From positions 1 to 24,283 of the forward strand of contig JBCCEA010000049.1 of the NCBI GenBank assembly GCA_039030515.1: a stretch of DNA of 24,283 nucleotides, in the 5' to 3' direction. The stretch comes from Myxococcota bacterium (GTDB lineage: Bacteria > Myxococcota_A > Polyangia > Polyangiales > Houyiibacteriaceae). This document shows positions 21,245 to 24,283 of this stretch, in pieces. Each line of letters opens with the position of its first letter. Position 1 is the first letter of the stretch. The position numbers and the translations under genes are program-made. A model generated the notes under the pieces. The model made no database searches. It saw only the letters and a program-made list of their open reading frames with translations, and was not told the DNA's origin.

Positions 21245-21976
21245 CTAAACCGAGCTAAATGGCTCCGCCTCCACCACCAGGGAGGACTCCACCTCAGGCG
21301 GCGTTTGCCCCACTCCCTCTTCTGAGACGGTGTCCAACCCCTCTTCATCTTCCAAAGAGGCGTCAGCGAACCCTAAAGACTCAGCCTCTGAGGAGGCTAG
21401 AGCGTCAGTACCGGCCATTCGAGCCACCAGCTCAACCCGAGAGTGAACCCCAAGCTTGGAGAAGATTCGCTTCAGGTAGGTGTTGACGGTTGACACAGTC
21501 AATCCGGTTCGAGAGGCGATCTCGCGAGTACTGGAACCGGACACCAAGAGCGCAACGACATCTCGCTCTCTTGGTGTGAGCGGAGCGCGCTTGAGCGTGT
21601 CCTCTACTTTCTCCCCACTGCGTCTTCCTCCGGTGCTCGTGAGGCGTTCCGCATACATCATGCCCCGAGCCAAAAGACGCGTTCCCCAACGAGCCAAACG
21701 TAGCTCGTCTCCTACTAGAGACGAAGGACCGCCAAGCGGAAAGAGGTGCAAGGTCCCGAGAGCATCTCGACCAAGTCTCAAGGGAAGCGCCACACTCTGA
21801 ATGTCCATAGGAGGTGGCGGATCACTCGTTTGTACGTGCCCGTCGTGTAGATCCAATCGCCAATGCGGCACGTTTGCAAGCTGAGCTACAATATCGGAAG
21901 CACGGCGAGGGTAGCTTCGGACAGGATCGAGCTGCATCAAGCCTTCAGCCGTTTCCAAGAGGATAAAAAGTTTCAC
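21245..21976 (-). CDS. LuxR-family HTH transcriptional regulator without a receiver domain
   Basis: LTPRERDVVALLVSGSSTREIASRTGLTVSTVNTYLKRIFSKLGVHSRVELV. Confidence 0.88.
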   Translation of the reverse strand: MKLFILLETAEGLMQLDPVRSYPRRASDIVAQLANVPHWRLDLHDGHVQTSDPPPPMDIQSVALPLRLGRDALGTLHLFPLGGPSSLVGDELRLARWGTRLLARGMMYAERLTSTGGRRSGEKVEDTLKRAPLTPRERDVVALLVSGSSTREIASRTGLTVSTVNTYLKRIFSKLGVHSRVELVARMAGTDALASSEAESLGFADASLEDEEGLDTVSEEGVGQTPPEVESSLVVEAEPFSSV

Positions 21977-22221
21977 AGCGCCCTCAGGAGACGTGTGGCC
22001 CGACTTGGGCCATCGAACTTAGCCATCTGGCCGCAGACTTCGTATGAGGTCAACCCCACCAAACAGGTGTCACCATCTGGGGTCAAACGAAACCGAACAG
22101 GACTCGAGAGGCGCATCGAACACGGCAGGGTCCGAGAACACCGGAGTTCCAGACTAGAATAAAGTTCGGGATGGATTTCCCTCCATCTTGCCGAACAGCG
22201 CAAGCGACGTACGCTGCGCCC

Positions 22222-23163
22222 ATGGAAAAGCTCCTTATCATCGGTTCCGGACCTGCCGGCCTTACCGCTGCGATCTACGCTGCTCGTGCCAATCTACAAC
22301 CACTTTGTATTGAGGGATTTATTAAGGGCGGAATTCCCGGCGGTCAGTTGATGATCACGACCGACGTTGAAAACTACCCGGGATTCCCAAAGGGCATACA
22401 GGGACCCGAAATGATGAAGCTCTTTCGCGATCAGGCGGAGCATTTCGGGACGCGGTTTGTCACCCAGGACGTCGATAGGGTCGATTTCTCAGCAGCACCC
22501 TTTCAAGTTTGGACGGGTGAGGAGCGATTTGAGGCGAGGAGCATCGTCATCGCTACGGGGGCCAAGGCGAAGTGGTTGGGATTAGAAAACGAGACAAAAC
22601 TGCAAAATCGTGGCGTGAGCGCGTGCGCAACCTGCGATGGATTCTTTTTCAAGAACCAGGACGTGTGCGTGGTCGGCGGCGGCGATACCGCGATGGAAGA
22701 AGCTCTGTACCTCGCAGGACTGTGTGAAAGCGTCACGGTGATCCATCGACGCGAGTCCCTGAGAGCGTCGCAGATCATGCAGCAGCGGGCCTTAAATCAC
22801 CCGAAGATATCTTTTCTTTGGAACACCAGAGTGCTCGACGTGCTCGATGTAGATCAGGGCAAGGTGACCGCTTTGAAACTACAAAACATTCAAACGGGTG
22901 AAGAACACCTGCATCCAACTCAGGGGCTTTTCGTGGCCATAGGTCATCAACCAAACACCCAAATCTTCCAGGGCATTTTGGAAATGGACGAACTTGGATA
23001 TCTCAAAACAAAACCCGGTACGGTCGAAACGCAGATCGCCGGGATCTTTGCGGTGGGCGACGTGCAAGATCGAGTTTGGCGCCAGGCCGTCACCGCAGCA
23101 GGAACCGGGTGCATGGGTGCGATTTCCGCCGAGCGTTGGCTCGGGGAGCAGAACCTATCGTGA
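22222..23163 (+). CDS. trxB: Thioredoxin-disulfide reductase; start reassigned to 22222
   Basis: IIGSGPAGLTAAIYAARA, VENYPGF, GVSACATCDG, VVGGGDTAMEEA, FAVGDV, RQAVTAAGTGC. Confidence 0.97.
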   Translation: MEKLLIIGSGPAGLTAAIYAARANLQPLCIEGFIKGGIPGGQLMITTDVENYPGFPKGIQGPEMMKLFRDQAEHFGTRFVTQDVDRVDFSAAPFQVWTGEERFEARSIVIATGAKAKWLGLENETKLQNRGVSACATCDGFFFKNQDVCVVGGGDTAMEEALYLAGLCESVTVIHRRESLRASQIMQQRALNHPKISFLWNTRVLDVLDVDQGKVTALKLQNIQTGEEHLHPTQGLFVAIGHQPNTQIFQGILEMDELGYLKTKPGTVETQIAGIFAVGDVQDRVWRQAVTAAGTGCMGAISAERWLGEQNLS

Positions 23164-23270
23164 GGGGAGCCGTCTTGAGGCCCGGCAGGGGTCGGGTGAC
23201 ACCAGCAAGCCTCAAACGAAATGCTTCGCTTCAGGGGACAAAATCCGGAGTTTTTTGATAGCGTGCATTC

Positions 23271-23807
23271 ATGTCGTCAGCTTCCGAGAAGCACGGGGAA
23301 GCCCCAATCGTTACCTCGCCTCGAGAAACCGGAGCTGAAGAGGCCGCAGATCTCGTTAGGTCACTCGGAGCCACCGCTCTCTTCAAAGGGATTCACCGGC
23401 CAGGCCTACAAAAGATTGCCGCGATCGCTTGCGAGGAGGCCTATCCATCGGGGGAATTTATCTTCCGCGAGGGCGAGCCAGGCGAGAAACTCTACTTTAT
23501 TTTGGAAGGCAAGATCCGGATCTCACGGAACGTTTCCGGCATGGGAGAGGAAGCTTTGGCAGTGCTGAACTCCGGCGACGCCTTTGGCGAAATGTCGATC
23601 ATCGACGACGTTGCCCGAAGTGCAGACGCGAGGGTTCACGAAAGCTGCCGAATGCTGGTGGTTACCCGTGAGGCCATGGAAGATCTGATGTTTCTTCACA
23701 AAGATCTAGCCTACGAGATTCTTTGGAATTTCGTGAGAATCCTGTCCGAAAGACTCCGAGAGACCAACGACAAAATGACGTTTCTATCGGTCACCGGAAA
23801 GTTCTAA
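23271..23807 (+). CDS. Stand-alone cyclic nucleotide-binding domain protein
   Basis: IFREGEPGEKLYFILEGKIRI, FGEMSIIDDVARSADAR phosphate-binding cassette; ends after the C-helix with no HTH. Confidence 0.88.
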   Translation: MSSASEKHGEAPIVTSPRETGAEEAADLVRSLGATALFKGIHRPGLQKIAAIACEEAYPSGEFIFREGEPGEKLYFILEGKIRISRNVSGMGEEALAVLNSGDAFGEMSIIDDVARSADARVHESCRMLVVTREAMEDLMFLHKDLAYEILWNFVRILSERLRETNDKMTFLSVTGKF

Positions 23808-23814
23808 AACAGGC

Positions 23815-23960
23815 CTCGATGGGTGTGAACGCCCAGCGCCCCCCCAGCACGCCTCGCTAGGCCTGAACGCCCGCTTTCCTCCCATGCTCGACGTTCGAAG
23901 TATCGTTAATACTCCTTCACGTCTGCGCTTGCGGGGCGCTGGCCGTTCACACCCATCGAG
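23815..23960. repeat. 28-bp inverted repeat (1 mismatch) enclosing a diverged, inverted copy of the downstream repeat body
   Basis: ctcgatgggtgtgaacgcccagcgcccc (23815-23842) versus ggggcgctggccgttcacacccatcgag (23933-23960). Confidence 0.9.
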
Positions 23961-23976
23961 ACGCGCTGGGCCGAAA

Positions 23977-24283
23977 AGGAGGGTACTTAAGGTACCTGAC
24001 GACGACGAGCATCGGAGGCAAGCAGCTGTTTGGGCCGACATAGGCCCGCTAGAGCGCGTCACGATGGGTTTGAACGACCAGCGCCCCCGTGGCGAGGAGG
24101 AGGAAGGTACTTTTAGGTACTTGACGACGACGAGCAACGTGGAAAGCAGCTGTTTGGGCCGACATACGCTGTTCAAAAGCGGGCCTAGGTTGGTTCCAAC
24201 TTCCAGCGCCCCCGTGGCTAGGAGGAGGAGGGTACTTTTAGGTACCTGACGACGACGAGCAACGTGGAAAGCAGCTGTTTGGG
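23977..24283. repeat. Direct repeat array with ~125-bp period, at least 3 units, truncated at the window end
   Basis: Units at 23977-24042 (5'-truncated), 24078-24166 and 24203->24283; shared core ggtac-N4/5-ggtacYtgacgacgacgagca...aagcagctgtttggg(ccgacata); units 2 and 3 differ at 3 of 81 positions. Confidence 0.93.

Noticed and set aside
23784..24249. ORFs 23784-24176 (-) and 23884-24249 (+)
   Set aside because: They run through the repeat array, whose period is not a multiple of 3, and show no recognisable domain.
23977..24283. Canonical CRISPR array
   Set aside because: The ~89-bp repeat is far longer than CRISPR repeats, the first spacer is itself part of an inverted repeat of nearby sequence, and no cas genes or AT-rich leader are visible.

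Overview
Bacterial chromosomal window of mostly core genes, probably from a Myxococcota/Polyangiales-like organism (inference from gene content and the S12/EF-Tu variants). Left to right: the str operon on the minus strand (rpsL-rpsG-fusA-tuf, tuf cut by the window edge); a minus-strand trio of TPR-like membrane protein, membrane Hanks Ser/Thr kinase and Kelch lipoprotein; a lone PabB-like gene; tRNA-Gln(UUG); tlyA and ssb; a cytochrome c maturation cluster (CcmF-CcmH fusion plus two CcmI-like partners); a lone dnaK; an RCK-type K+ channel; a Wzx/MurJ-like flippase; a LuxR-type regulator; trxB; and a stand-alone cNMP-binding protein. The last ~470 bp are non-coding and hold a nested array of ~125-bp-period direct repeats with GTAC palindromes and several interlocking inverted repeats that runs off the window. 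This array is the least explained element. Other oddities are a rewritten EF-Tu switch I loop, an insertion in S12, a Cys-rich CcmH domain fused to CcmF, and a non-canonical K+ filter (TVGFA).
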